Source of the DNA: a bacterium
Lineage (GTDB): Bacteria > Cyanobacteriota > Vampirovibrionia > Gastranaerophilales > Gastranaerophilaceae
DNA: 64,000 nt
Reading direction: 5' to 3'
Assembly: GCA_017536545.1 (NCBI GenBank)
Contig: JAFXHF010000008.1
Coordinates: forward strand, 49,267-113,266
Position numbers and translations under genes: made by a program. Below, piece by piece: positions 42,901 to 52,520 of the stretch. Position 1 is the first letter of the stretch. Every line of letters begins with the position of its first letter. The notes beneath the pieces were generated by a model. It worked only from the letters and a program-made list of their open reading frames with translations. It was not told the origin of the DNA and made no database searches.

Positions 42901-43470
42901 CTATCCTTCAGTTGCTACGTTTACAAGTGTAGGTCTTAGTACCTTATCTCCTAGCATGTATCCTTTTTGTAATTCTGTTATTACAGTATTTTCAGGATGT
43001 TCGCTTGTAGGTGTTTGCATAACTGCTTCGTGGAAATTAGGGTCGAATTCTTCTCCAATAGCTTTAATTTCTGTCAAGCCTAATTTCCCTAAAGTGTCAC
43101 AAACTTGTTTGTGAACAAGGTTGAAACTTTCTTTAACTTTTTCGCAATCTTCAACATTTTCTAACGCCTTTTGACCACGTTCAAAGTTATCTAAAACTTC
43201 TAACAAACCTTTTACTGCATTTTCTGTACCGTATTTGATTAAGTTTTCACGTTCTTGCTCTTGACGTTTTCTATAATTGTCAAAATCTGCTGCAAGACGA
43301 ATATATTGTTGATTTAGCTTGTCGTATTCTTCTTGAAGTTTGTCATTTTTATTTTCTTCAACAGGAGTTTCTTCTGCTTTTGTTTCTTCTTTAATTTCGT
43401 CAGTGTTTGTATTTTCTTCGTTTACAACGACATCTTCGTTTTTAAACGGATTTGAATTTTCGTTTGTCAT
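42901..43470 (-). CDS. grpE: Nucleotide exchange factor GrpE
   Basis: RLAADFDNYRKR and C-terminal GYMLGDKVLRPTLV are typical GrpE. I prefer ATG 43470 (GAAGGGA Shine-Dalgarno, MTNENSN...) over the track start at 43524. Confidence 0.88.
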   Translation of the reverse strand: MTNENSNPFKNEDVVVNEENTNTDEIKEETKAEETPVEENKNDKLQEEYDKLNQQYIRLAADFDNYRKRQEQERENLIKYGTENAVKGLLEVLDNFERGQKALENVEDCEKVKESFNLVHKQVCDTLGKLGLTEIKAIGEEFDPNFHEAVMQTPTSEHPENTVITELQKGYMLGDKVLRPTLVNVATEG

Positions 43471-43503
43471 AAAACATTTCCCTTCACAACATAATATACC
43501 TAT

Positions 43504-43531
43504 ATTATAAAGTATCAAGCTCAATTCTCAA
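43504..43531 (-). promoter_or_regulatory. Sigma70-like promoter for grpE-dnaJ
   Basis: On the minus strand: TTGAGA (43531-43526), 16-nt spacer, TATAAT (43509-43504), about 30 nt upstream of ATG 43470. Confidence 0.35.
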
Positions 43532-43668
43532 GAGAAATTTATTATTTTTTAATGTTTGTAATAATACACGAACCCCTCCGAAAAGATTTGGTAGAATGAC
43601 GTAATTTCTCCGCACTTTAAGGAAGGGCTCAAACTTGTTATGTTAGTCTGGAATGACTATATATAGGT

Positions 43669-45282
43669 TTATCCTAATCTTTCTTTGAAGTCTTTACCGC
43701 CAACGATTCTTAAGTGACGGCTATCACCTTCGCCGATTGATTTACTCTCCAAGTTGTGTTGTTCAACCAACTCGTGTTGTAATTTTCTAATGTGGGTATT
43801 TTGTGGTTTTAATTCAATATCACCTGAACCTGCTAAGATTTTTTCAATTGCAGTTTTTGCTTCATCAAGAGCTTTTTCTGTAATGTCATAGAAGGTTTGT
43901 CTATCATTTACTTCTGCGATATCAAGGGCATCTTTGATGACTTTTTGAATTTGTGCCATTGAGTTTGTTTTTACATAGAAGATTTGTATTCTATTTTCTT
44001 CTGCTGTACTTAATACCTTCGCACCGCCCTTGATGAAGTTTTTGTGAGCAATCACAATGTCAGCATCATCAAGGTTTCTAGTAATCTCGGCGTTCAAGTC
44101 AAGTCTTTCTATGACTTTTTCTGCGATACTTCTAGATACGGCATAAAGATAGATTTTTTTGAACTTTTTAACTTCTTCAACATATTTTTGTCTTGAGAAG
44201 CTAAATTTTAAACTTTCTGGATGTTCAATTTTGTTATCTAAAGCATTGATTTTGTCGATTACAGTTGGAGCTTTTTCTTGAACATTTCCTTCTGAGAAGC
44301 TATAGGTTTTGTCAACTTTTCTCAATTCAGGTCTAATTGGCCAACCTCTTAAGATGTAGTCAACAGCTTCTGATGCGTTTTTATATACCGCTAGAGTGTT
44401 GCGGTCAATGATTTCGATTACGATATCGAAAGTCGGCTGTTTCTCACGTTCAAGAACAGTTTTTTGTGAAGAACGGCGTTTAGCCTCGTCATCACCTAAA
44501 GTAACGGATTGAATACCGCCGACTAAATCTGATAATGTTGGGTTTTTAATCAAACTTTCTAAGCTATTACCGTGTGCAGTTGCAATAAGCATAACCCCAC
44601 GTTCTGCAATTGTTCTTGCTGCTTGAGCTTCGGCTTCTGTACCAATTTCGTCAACAACAATAACTTCTGGAGTGTGGTTTTCAACAGCTTCAATCATAAT
44701 ATCTTTTTGATATTCTGGCTGTCTAACTTGCATTCTTCTGGCATGTCCAACTGCTGGGTGTGGAGTATCTCCATCTCCTGCAATTTCGTTTGATGTATCA
44801 ACAATTACAACTCGTTTACCTAATTCATCAGCAACAAGTCGTGAAATTTCTCTAAGTTTTGTAGTTTTACCAACCCCTGGGCGACCAAGGAATAGGATAC
44901 TTTTGTTTTGTAGGCAGATGTCCTTAATACAAGAAATGGTCCCCGTGATGACTCTACCAATTCTACACGTAAGACCTACTACCCTGCCCTGTCTATTTCT
45001 AATTGCACTAATTCTATGTAATGTTCCTGGAATACCTGATCTGTTATCTGAAGTAAATTCCTGAACTCTTGAAGTAATGTGTTCTATATCTTCATAAGTT
45101 ATATCAGTATTACCAAGATATTCAATCTTTCCATCAGAATGTCTAATCTCGGGTGGACGACCAATGTCAAGCACAATTTCTATGACATCATCCATAACAC
45201 GGTGGTCGATATACTCTCGAATCCTGTCTGGCAGAATCTCAACCAATTTTTCTAAATCATTTTGAAGTTGTATATTGCTCAT
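43669..45282 (-). CDS. ycf45-like / SpoIIIAA-like AAA ATPase with C-terminal nucleic-acid-binding-type extension
   Basis: Walker A LGRPGVGKTT and Walker B VIVVDEIGTEAE. 537 aa. The overall layout resembles cyanobacterial/plastid ycf45 (R3H-domain ATPase). Confidence 0.65.
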   Translation of the reverse strand: MSNIQLQNDLEKLVEILPDRIREYIDHRVMDDVIEIVLDIGRPPEIRHSDGKIEYLGNTDITYEDIEHITSRVQEFTSDNRSGIPGTLHRISAIRNRQGRVVGLTCRIGRVITGTISCIKDICLQNKSILFLGRPGVGKTTKLREISRLVADELGKRVVIVDTSNEIAGDGDTPHPAVGHARRMQVRQPEYQKDIMIEAVENHTPEVIVVDEIGTEAEAQAARTIAERGVMLIATAHGNSLESLIKNPTLSDLVGGIQSVTLGDDEAKRRSSQKTVLEREKQPTFDIVIEIIDRNTLAVYKNASEAVDYILRGWPIRPELRKVDKTYSFSEGNVQEKAPTVIDKINALDNKIEHPESLKFSFSRQKYVEEVKKFKKIYLYAVSRSIAEKVIERLDLNAEITRNLDDADIVIAHKNFIKGGAKVLSTAEENRIQIFYVKTNSMAQIQKVIKDALDIAEVNDRQTFYDITEKALDEAKTAIEKILAGSGDIELKPQNTHIRKLQHELVEQHNLESKSIGEGDSRHLRIVGGKDFKERLG

Positions 45283-45705
45283 ATATTCGCTGCCTTTCTA
45301 TTTTGATTATAACAAAATATCCGTCGGCTATTAACTGCGATTTATAGTTTTAGGGACTTCTACTTTTATTATAAATCATGTGTCGGCAAATTTCACATGC
45401 AACTTTACTAAAAATGTAGTAATTTTAACAAAACTTTACATTTGAAAATGGGTTCAAAACGTGTAAAATCAACACTTTTCATTTTAAAAAATCCAAAAAA
45501 AATAAATTACTCAATCGGAAGATTGAACTTTTGAAAACCTCTTTACAATATGAAATACTACTCAAAATTTCTATTAAAATTTGTTTACAAAGGGGTAAAT
45601 AAGTGAATAAGTGAATAGGTTCTTTATGGCTATTTTTTAAATTTTTTCTTGTTTGTAGTAAGATGTTTTGTGTGAATACTGGTACAAAAGGAAAGGAACA
45701 ATTAA

Positions 45706-47388
45706 ATGACAAAACTTTCACCATTACAAATTGAAAGATTACAGTATCAACCAAAACTTCCTTCTAGCTTACAAAGCGGTGTTAATTCATTGGAATTGGT
45801 TGAAGGATCTGCTACACAATCAGTTAGAGATCAAGAACAAATTAAAGCTTTATTTGCAAATACTTATGGCAAACCAACTGTGACATTCAAATCAACATCT
45901 TCTTCAGGTTCTTCTGAAGTTAAAAATGTTGGTGTAATTTTATCGGGTGGTCAAGCTCCTGGCGGTCACAACGTTATCGCTGGTTTATATGATGCATTGA
46001 AAAATGCTAACCCAGAAAACAAATTGTACGGTTTCTTGGGTGGTCCATCAGGTATTATTGATGGAAAATATGTAGAATTCACTGATTCATTTATTGATGA
46101 TTACAGAAATACAGGTGGTTTTGATATCATCGGTTCTGGTAGAACTAAATTAGAAACAGAAGAACAATTCCAAAAATCATTGGAAGTTTGTAAAAAATTA
46201 AACATTTCTGCTGTTGTTATTATTGGTGGAGATGATTCAAATACTAACGCTGCATTATTAGCTGAGTGGTTTGTTAAAAATAATACAGGTATTCAAGTTA
46301 TTGGTTGTCCAAAAACTATTGATGGTGACTTGAAAAACGAACAAATCGAAATTTCTTTCGGTTTTGATACAGCTACAAAAACTTATGCAGAACTTATTGG
46401 TAACATCCAAAGAGATGCTAACTCAGCTAAAAAATATTGGCACTTTATCAAAATTATGGGTAGAAGTGCATCTCATGTTGCTTTAGAAGCTGCATTACAA
46501 ACTCAACCAAACATCACTTTAATCTCTGAAGAAGTTGAAGCTAAGAAAATGTCTTTATCTTCAATCATTGATTATATGTCTGATATTATTGTTAAACGTG
46601 CAAATGCTGGTAAAAACTTCGGTATCGCTGTAATTCCTGAAGGTTTAATCGAATTTATTCCTGAAATGGGTTCAATGATTTCTAATTTGAACGATATTAT
46701 GGCTACTTTAGAAACTGATCCAAGTTTTGTTAACGCAACAACAATTAGAGAAAAATTTGATATCGTTGAAAATAGATTAGACTCAGCTAATGCTGCTGTT
46801 TACTCTTCACTTCCAGCATTGATTAAAGAACAATTACTTGCTGATCGTGACCCACACGGTAATGTTCAAGTTTCTAAAATTGAAACTGAAAAATTGTTAA
46901 TCGAAATGATTTCAACAAGACTTGATGAATTAAAATCTCAAGGTGATTTCATTGGTAAATTCTCAGCACAATCACACTTCTTCGGTTATGAAGGACGTTG
47001 TGCATTCCCATCAAACTTTGATGCTGACTACTGTTACTCACTAGGTTACAACGCATTTGCATTGATTAATTTTGGTTTAACAGGTTATTTATCATCAGTT
47101 AGAAACTTGACAGCTCCAGCTGATCAATGGATTGCTGGCGGTGTTCCTCTTACAATGATGATGAATATGGAAAAACGTCACGGTGAAATGAAACCAGTTA
47201 TCCAAAAAGCTCTAGTTAGACTTGATGGACCTGTGTTCAAACAATTAGCTGACAACAGAGAAGACTGGGCATTAAATGACAGATATTTATTCCCAGGTGC
47301 TATCCAATACTTTGGACCAAGCTCTGTTTGTGACATTACAACAGTTACATTACAATTAGAAAGAGCTAAAGAATTAGCTTCAGTTTAA
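45706..47388 (+). CDS. pfp: Diphosphate (PPi)-dependent 6-phosphofructokinase, long form
   Basis: [30 protein letters not shown] and MGRSASH. 560 aa, typical of the PPi-PFK long clade. Confidence 0.85.
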   Translation: MTKLSPLQIERLQYQPKLPSSLQSGVNSLELVEGSATQSVRDQEQIKALFANTYGKPTVTFKSTSSSGSSEVKNVGVILSGGQAPGGHNVIAGLYDALKNANPENKLYGFLGGPSGIIDGKYVEFTDSFIDDYRNTGGFDIIGSGRTKLETEEQFQKSLEVCKKLNISAVVIIGGDDSNTNAALLAEWFVKNNTGIQVIGCPKTIDGDLKNEQIEISFGFDTATKTYAELIGNIQRDANSAKKYWHFIKIMGRSASHVALEAALQTQPNITLISEEVEAKKMSLSSIIDYMSDIIVKRANAGKNFGIAVIPEGLIEFIPEMGSMISNLNDIMATLETDPSFVNATTIREKFDIVENRLDSANAAVYSSLPALIKEQLLADRDPHGNVQVSKIETEKLLIEMISTRLDELKSQGDFIGKFSAQSHFFGYEGRCAFPSNFDADYCYSLGYNAFALINFGLTGYLSSVRNLTAPADQWIAGGVPLTMMMNMEKRHGEMKPVIQKALVRLDGPVFKQLADNREDWALNDRYLFPGAIQYFGPSSVCDITTVTLQLERAKELASV

Positions 47389-47412
47389 TTTGTAATTTCT
47401 GAATAATTGAAA

Positions 47413-47445
47413 AGAGTCGTAAGAATTTCTTATGACTCTTTTTTA
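47413..47445 (+). terminator. Rho-independent terminator after pfp
   Basis: 11-bp stem AGAGTCGTAAG (47413-47423) / CTTATGACTCT (47429-47439, one G-U pair), followed by T6. Confidence 0.65.
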
Positions 47446-47563
47446 TTTGATGTTATATTTAACAAATTAGTCTTGTATTTATAGTTCCTCTTTTGTAGAC
47501 GAAATATCAAAATTTATGATACAATTAGAAACGAGATGAATTAGTGTTTAGAGGTAAATCCTT

Positions 47564-48343
47564 ATGAGTCGATTAAAATGCAGTAATAATAGCCTTTTTC
47601 GGGGGGTATTTTTTAGGTATATAATCAGGCTTAAGCAAGGATTTACGTTGGCAGAGGTTTTAATTACTTTAGGTATAATTGGTGTTGTTGCTGCAATGAC
47701 TATTCCTAATTTGATTGCTAGTGTTACAAAAACTCGTACTGCAAGTGAATTAAAAAAAGCTTATGCAGATATTTCTGTTGCTATGAGATTGGCTGAAGGT
47801 GAATTTGGAGATATTACAGGTTGGACGTATGATAATAAAACATCATCAGCGATTGCGTGTGCAGCTTTATTTGATACATATTTAAAGCCTTTTATGAAAG
47901 TTTCAAGAAAAGAATTGGTAAAGTCTGAGTTGAAATACTATACCCCATCAGGCGCTGTAGAAAATCAATTAGCAGTATTAAGAGGAAATTCTGTGGCTTA
48001 TACATTACTTTCAGGGACGCAAATAATTGTTTCGAACAATTCTATCGGTACAAACAAAGGAGCTATGGGCAGTATTCAAATGATTATTGATTTGAATGGG
48101 TATCATCAAAAACCGAACAGATTTGGGCGAGATGCGTTTTTCTTATATTTATTACCAACAAAGGGTGTTCGTTTTCACTCTATAAGTGATGGTGAATCTT
48201 TTGATAAAATCAAAACTCGTAAACAATTACTAAATGGTCCTTCATCAAATGGGTACCAATGTAATAAATCTGGACGTGGTATGTGGTGTGGAGCTCTTAT
48301 TCAAAAAGATGGTTGGAAAATTTCACCAGATTATCCTTGGTAG
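47564..48343 (+). CDS. Pilin-like protein with prepilin-type N-terminal domain (paralogue 2), unusually long 25-aa leader
   Basis: KQG|FTLAEVLITLGIIGVVAAMTIPNL. IIDLNGYHQKPNRFGRDAFF. C-terminal KDGWKISPDYPW. AGAGG Shine-Dalgarno before ATG 47564, and no later in-frame ATG before the cleavage motif. Confidence 0.78.
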   Translation: MSRLKCSNNSLFRGVFFRYIIRLKQGFTLAEVLITLGIIGVVAAMTIPNLIASVTKTRTASELKKAYADISVAMRLAEGEFGDITGWTYDNKTSSAIACAALFDTYLKPFMKVSRKELVKSELKYYTPSGAVENQLAVLRGNSVAYTLLSGTQIIVSNNSIGTNKGAMGSIQMIIDLNGYHQKPNRFGRDAFFLYLLPTKGVRFHSISDGESFDKIKTRKQLLNGPSSNGYQCNKSGRGMWCGALIQKDGWKISPDYPW

Positions 48344-48385
48344 GAGTTTTAAATAAAAAATTCCTTTTCATGTTAAAATCGTTTT

Positions 48386-49198
48386 ATGAAAGAATTTGAT
48401 TTTTACATAGTTCCAACACCTATTGGAAATTTGGGTGATATTACATTAAGAGCAATTGAAGTTTTAAAGTTAGTTGATTTAATTGCTTGTGAAGATAGTC
48501 GTGTTACCCAAAAATTGTTGAATCATTTTGATATAAGAACCAAATGCGTTTCTTATCACAAGTACAATGAAAAAGAGCGTGTAAATCAAATTCTTGAAAC
48601 ATTGAAAAGTGGGCAAAAAATGGCTCTTGTTTCTGATGCTGGAACCCCACTAATTTGTGATCCTGGGTCAGTTATTGTGAAAGAATTGAGAGAAAATGGG
48701 TTTTCAATAACAGCACTTCCTGGGGCTAATGCAATTGCAACATTCTTATCTCAAGTTTCTCGTGAAGATGAAACATATACATTTATTGGGTTTTTACCAA
48801 AAACACAAGCAAAAATTGAAGAAATTGCACTTCAATATAAATATGGTGATTTTATTTTTTATGAATCTCCAAACAGAGTTATTCAAACTTTAGAAATTAT
48901 TAAAAATGTTCGTCCAGAATGTAAAGTTGCATTTGGAAGAGAGCTTACAAAAGTTTTTGAAGAAGTTGTTGTTGATAAAATTGATAATGTAATAAATCAT
49001 TTGAAAACAAATGTTTCTAAAGGTGAATTTGTTTGTTTGATTTTTAGAGATGGTGAAGTTTCTGATTTTTCTGATATGGAAAATAAAGTAAAATTATTAC
49101 AGGACAAAGGTTTTGGGGCAAAAGATATTTCTGTAATTTTATCTGAATTATATGGAGTTAATAAAAATAAGATTTATAAACTAGTGGTTAGTAAATAG
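48386..49198 (+). CDS. rsmI: 16S rRNA (cytidine1402-2'-O)-methyltransferase
   Basis: Tetrapyrrole-methylase fold N-terminus YIVPTPIGNLGDITLRAIEVLK, with CEDSRVT and SDAGTPLICDPG. Confidence 0.85.
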   Translation: MKEFDFYIVPTPIGNLGDITLRAIEVLKLVDLIACEDSRVTQKLLNHFDIRTKCVSYHKYNEKERVNQILETLKSGQKMALVSDAGTPLICDPGSVIVKELRENGFSITALPGANAIATFLSQVSREDETYTFIGFLPKTQAKIEEIALQYKYGDFIFYESPNRVIQTLEIIKNVRPECKVAFGRELTKVFEEVVVDKIDNVINHLKTNVSKGEFVCLIFRDGEVSDFSDMENKVKLLQDKGFGAKDISVILSELYGVNKNKIYKLVVSK

Positions 49199-49281
49199 TT
49201 GTAAATATTTTGTACTTTTTTCGTACTTTATGCTACAATTTTATTGAACAAAGAGTGAGAGTTTGTAAGGGAAGTAAATTC

Positions 49282-51270
49282 TTGAAATTTCATAAAATTA
49301 CTAAACAATTATTGTTAGCAGTAATCTTAGTTATGATGACACAAGCAAATGTTATCGCTATGGATGATGTGTGGGGCGGAATGGGGCTTACTGATGAAGC
49401 TGTACAGGATGCTGCACGCACAAATAGTACATTCAGCTCAGATTACACTCAATTTGCCCCATATAATACAAACTCAACTGTGAAAAACTCAAACTCTGAA
49501 ACCCCTATTGAAAAGGAAGAAAGACTAATTCGTGATATCGAAATTTATGGTCTGAATTCAGTTGCAGAACACGAAATTCGTGAAAAACTTCAGATGAAAC
49601 AAGGCGGTTCGTATTCTCGTGATTTGTTGCAGACTGATTTGAAAACTATCTATCAAATGGGATATTTTACAGAAAAAATGAAGGCTATTCCATCTAAAAA
49701 TGAGGATGGTTCTGTTACTGTAAAAATTGTTGTTGAAGAAAATATTCCAGTTAAAGATTTTACAATCGAGGGTAACTCTGTTATTCCTATCGAAGATATT
49801 TTGGCAACCTTGAAGGATATGAAAGGTAAGCCTCAAAATATTGCACAATTAAATATTGCAATCTCACAAATTCAAGAATTATATACTTCAAAAGGTTACA
49901 TTTTAGCCCGCATTGACTCAGTTACGGATGACCCAGATGGTACTATCAATATTAGTATCAAAGAAGGTCTTATCGACAAAATTATGATTGAAGGTAATGA
50001 AAAAACCAAAGATTATGTTGTTGCTCGTAACATTTTAACTGAACCTGGTATGGTATATAACGAAAATCTTATCAAAGAAGATTTGGTAAGACTATACGCA
50101 ACTCAAGCTTTCAAAGATGTAACTCGTGAAATTGAACCAAGTGAAGAAATTCCAGATGCGTACGATATCACTATTAAAATCCAAGAGCAAAGAACAGCAA
50201 GTATTTCTGTTGGTGGTGGTGTTGATACTGTAACTGGTTTGTTTGGTTCTATGGGTATCACTGAAACTAACTTCCGTGGTAGAGCTGAAAGAATTTCTTT
50301 GACAGGTTTAGTTGGTACAGGGGTTATGCTTAACGATGCATCTGTTAAAGATCATATGAATATTCAAGCAGAATTAAGTTATTTCAAACCATATTTCTTA
50401 AATTCAGATACTTCTTTGAATAACAGAATATTCTTTAGAGATTTTGGTTCGTATCAAATTCCACTTGCTATTGAACGAAGAGTGGGTGGTGAGATGACTG
50501 TTGCTCACAGACTTAAAAAGAATAGACACGCAACTGCATCATTCAGTTTAGGTGTTGAAAACATTGATGTTCGTGAAGGTGATTTCAATGGTATTTCTAG
50601 AATGTATCAAAGATACAATATCCCAATTGCTGAACGTGCGAAGCAGTTAGAAGGCGGTTTATTCATGTCTTTGAGTCCTGCGTTGATTTATGATACAAGA
50701 GATTCTGCTACAGTAACAAGACACGGTACAATGGCAAGCATCAGATTTGATGAAAATATTGGTTTAGATGGATTTGATAAAACAAACGGAAAACTTACAG
50801 GTATGATTAAACAATATATTCCTGTTGGTAAAAAATCTTCTTTATCATTTACAGCTAAAGGGGGCGGAGCTTTACACGGCGATATTCCTGAAGTTATGGC
50901 ATATCGTGTAGGGGGTCCATATACTGTTAGAGGTTTCAAAATGAGTGGTGTTGGTACTGGTGACGCTTTCATTATGGGTTCTGCTGAATTTGCGACTCCA
51001 ATTCCGTTTATGGATAGAACAAGAATTTCATTCTTGCATAACATAAGATTCACAGTTTGGGCTGATGCAGGTAAAGTGTTTGATGGCACAGTATCAAATA
51101 AAATTTACGACAGACCTGAATATGCAGTATCTGCCGGTGTTGGTTTAAAAGTGTTTATTCCAGGTATGGGACCATTATCAATTGACTATGGTATTCCGCT
51201 TACAAATCCTGGTAATAACGGTTCTGACCACGGTTACTTCACATTTGGTGTAGGTGATTTATTATACTAA
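49282..51270 (+). CDS. bamA: Outer-membrane protein assembly factor BamA (Omp85 family)
   Basis: POTRA-like repeats (IRDIEIYGLNSV.., VKDFTIEGNSVI.., IDKIMIEGNEKT..), then a beta-barrel ending ...GYFTFGVGDLLY. No ATG precedes the signal peptide. I prefer TTG 49282 (AAGGGAAG Shine-Dalgarno 7 nt upstream; LKFHKITKQLLLAVILVMMTQANVIA) over the track's TTG 49210. Confidence 0.85.
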   Translation: MKFHKITKQLLLAVILVMMTQANVIAMDDVWGGMGLTDEAVQDAARTNSTFSSDYTQFAPYNTNSTVKNSNSETPIEKEERLIRDIEIYGLNSVAEHEIREKLQMKQGGSYSRDLLQTDLKTIYQMGYFTEKMKAIPSKNEDGSVTVKIVVEENIPVKDFTIEGNSVIPIEDILATLKDMKGKPQNIAQLNIAISQIQELYTSKGYILARIDSVTDDPDGTINISIKEGLIDKIMIEGNEKTKDYVVARNILTEPGMVYNENLIKEDLVRLYATQAFKDVTREIEPSEEIPDAYDITIKIQEQRTASISVGGGVDTVTGLFGSMGITETNFRGRAERISLTGLVGTGVMLNDASVKDHMNIQAELSYFKPYFLNSDTSLNNRIFFRDFGSYQIPLAIERRVGGEMTVAHRLKKNRHATASFSLGVENIDVREGDFNGISRMYQRYNIPIAERAKQLEGGLFMSLSPALIYDTRDSATVTRHGTMASIRFDENIGLDGFDKTNGKLTGMIKQYIPVGKKSSLSFTAKGGGALHGDIPEVMAYRVGGPYTVRGFKMSGVGTGDAFIMGSAEFATPIPFMDRTRISFLHNIRFTVWADAGKVFDGTVSNKIYDRPEYAVSAGVGLKVFIPGMGPLSIDYGIPLTNPGNNGSDHGYFTFGVGDLLY

Positions 51271-51292
51271 AATTTAATATAGGAGGTTTTTT

Positions 51293-51745
51293 ATGAAAAA
51301 CTTAAAATTAATGGCATTAACAATAGCTACAGGTTTTGTATTCGCTACTGGAATGCAAGCTAATGCAGAAGTTGGATATATCGATTACCAAAAAGTTTTA
51401 ACAAGCTATCCTGCGGCTCAACAAGCTGCTAAAGAAATTGATGCAAAAGGTCTTGAATTACAGCAATTTATGATTGACAAAGAAAAACAGTACAAAGCTT
51501 TAGACACACCATTGAAAAAACAAAATTTTGAAGCTCAAACAAGACAAGAACTTATTGCAAAAGAAGATGCTTTAATCAAATTGAGACAAGCAAAAGAATC
51601 TCATATTTTAAACCAAGTTCAAACAGCAGCAAAAGCAGTTATGGTTACACAGAAACTAGATGCTGTTTTATCAAACCAAGTAATTTTTGTTGGTGGTGTT
51701 GATGTTACTGATGCTGTTATTCAAAAATTGAAAGAAATGAAATAG
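51293..51745 (+). CDS. Periplasmic chaperone Skp/OmpH family
   Basis: 150 aa with a signal peptide, then the YIDYQKVLTSYPAAQQA...ELQ coiled arm typical of OmpH. Conserved position after bamA. Confidence 0.8.
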   Translation: MKNLKLMALTIATGFVFATGMQANAEVGYIDYQKVLTSYPAAQQAAKEIDAKGLELQQFMIDKEKQYKALDTPLKKQNFEAQTRQELIAKEDALIKLRQAKESHILNQVQTAAKAVMVTQKLDAVLSNQVIFVGGVDVTDAVIQKLKEMK

Positions 51746-51754
51746 GTTGAGCTT

Positions 51755-52516
51755 ATGAAAAACTATTCTGATGATGGCAGACAATATCATGTTGGGTTAA
51801 AAGAAGGCGACATAGGTAAATATGTAATTCTTCCTGGAGATCCTAAGCGTTGTGAAAAAATTGCACAGTATTTTGATAACCCAGTGTTGGTTGCAGATAG
51901 ACGTGAATATGTTACTTATACGGGTTATGTTGACGGTGAGAAAGTTAGTGTAACTTCAACTGGTATTGGTGGTCCGTCTGCTGCGATTGCAATGGAAGAA
52001 CTTGTAAAATGCGGTGCAGAAGTATTTATCCGTGTTGGTACTTGTGGTGGTATGCAACTTGATATTAAAGGTGGAGATTTAGTTATCGCAACTGGAGCTA
52101 TCCGTGCTGAAGGTACAAGTAAAGAATACGCACCGATTGAGTTTCCTGCGGTGGCTGATTTTAGAATAGTTAATGCGTTAGTTGATGCAGCGGAAAACTT
52201 AGGCTATACACATCATACAGGTGTTGTTCAGTGCAAGGATTCATTTTATGGTCAACATAGTCCAGAAACTAAGCCTGTTAGTTATGAATTGCAAAATAAG
52301 TGGGAAGCGTGGAAACGTTTGGGATGTTTGGCATCTGAAATGGAATCTGCGGCATTATTTGTTGTCGCAAGTTACTTAAATGTAAAAGTAGGTTCAATTT
52401 TCTTGACTGTTGCGAACCAAGAAAGAGAAAAATTAAGTCTTGAAAATCCAGTGGTTCATGATACTGAAAGAGCTATCAAAACTGCAATTGAGGCAATCAA
52501 AATTTTAAAAGGATAA
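51755..52516 (+). CDS. udp: Uridine phosphorylase (PNP/UDP family 1)
   Basis: 253 aa. YHVGL...[37 protein letters not shown] and EMESAALF match E. coli Udp blocks as I recall them. Confidence 0.8.
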   Translation: MKNYSDDGRQYHVGLKEGDIGKYVILPGDPKRCEKIAQYFDNPVLVADRREYVTYTGYVDGEKVSVTSTGIGGPSAAIAMEELVKCGAEVFIRVGTCGGMQLDIKGGDLVIATGAIRAEGTSKEYAPIEFPAVADFRIVNALVDAAENLGYTHHTGVVQCKDSFYGQHSPETKPVSYELQNKWEAWKRLGCLASEMESAALFVVASYLNVKVGSIFLTVANQEREKLSLENPVVHDTERAIKTAIEAIKILKG

Positions 52517-52520
52517 GATT

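Noticed and set aside
23551-43657. Recurrent (A/G)GAATGAC motif in four intergenic spots (23551-23558, 36264-36271, 43593-43600, 43650-43657). There is some extended similarity between the post-recJ spacer (GCTCAAGTTATG...GAATGACGTATA) and the pre-grpE spacer (GCTCAAACTTGTTATG...GAATGACTATATA). Considered as a miniature repeat element or shared sRNA.
   Set aside because: In 64 kb at this base composition, an 8-mer like AGAATGAC is expected about twice on both strands by chance. The extended alignment needs several gaps. I cannot establish significance without a genome-wide count.
43471-43668. CIRCE/HrcA operator upstream of grpE-dnaJ. Separately, a CIRCE-half-like GAGTGCTCTAA ... TTAGAGTGC near 20278-20312.
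   Set aside because: No TTAGCACTC-N9-GAGTGCTAA inverted repeat occurs upstream of grpE. The 20.3-kb sequence is a direct repeat of AGAGTGC, not an inverted one. It lies in a tRNA-fragment context, not before a chaperone gene.
20467-45400. TCGGC-containing motif 35-60 nt upstream of several minus-strand starts: ATCGGCTAATG before tRNA-Ile, ATCGGAACTTTG at 24518, TTCGGCAGATTTG at 39377, GTCGGCTATT at 45333 and GTCGGCAAATTT at 45386. Considered as a shared promoter element or operator.
   Set aside because: Its position relative to the best -10 hexamers is inconsistent between sites, the core is only 5 nt, and the flanks do not align. It would need genome-wide motif discovery to support.
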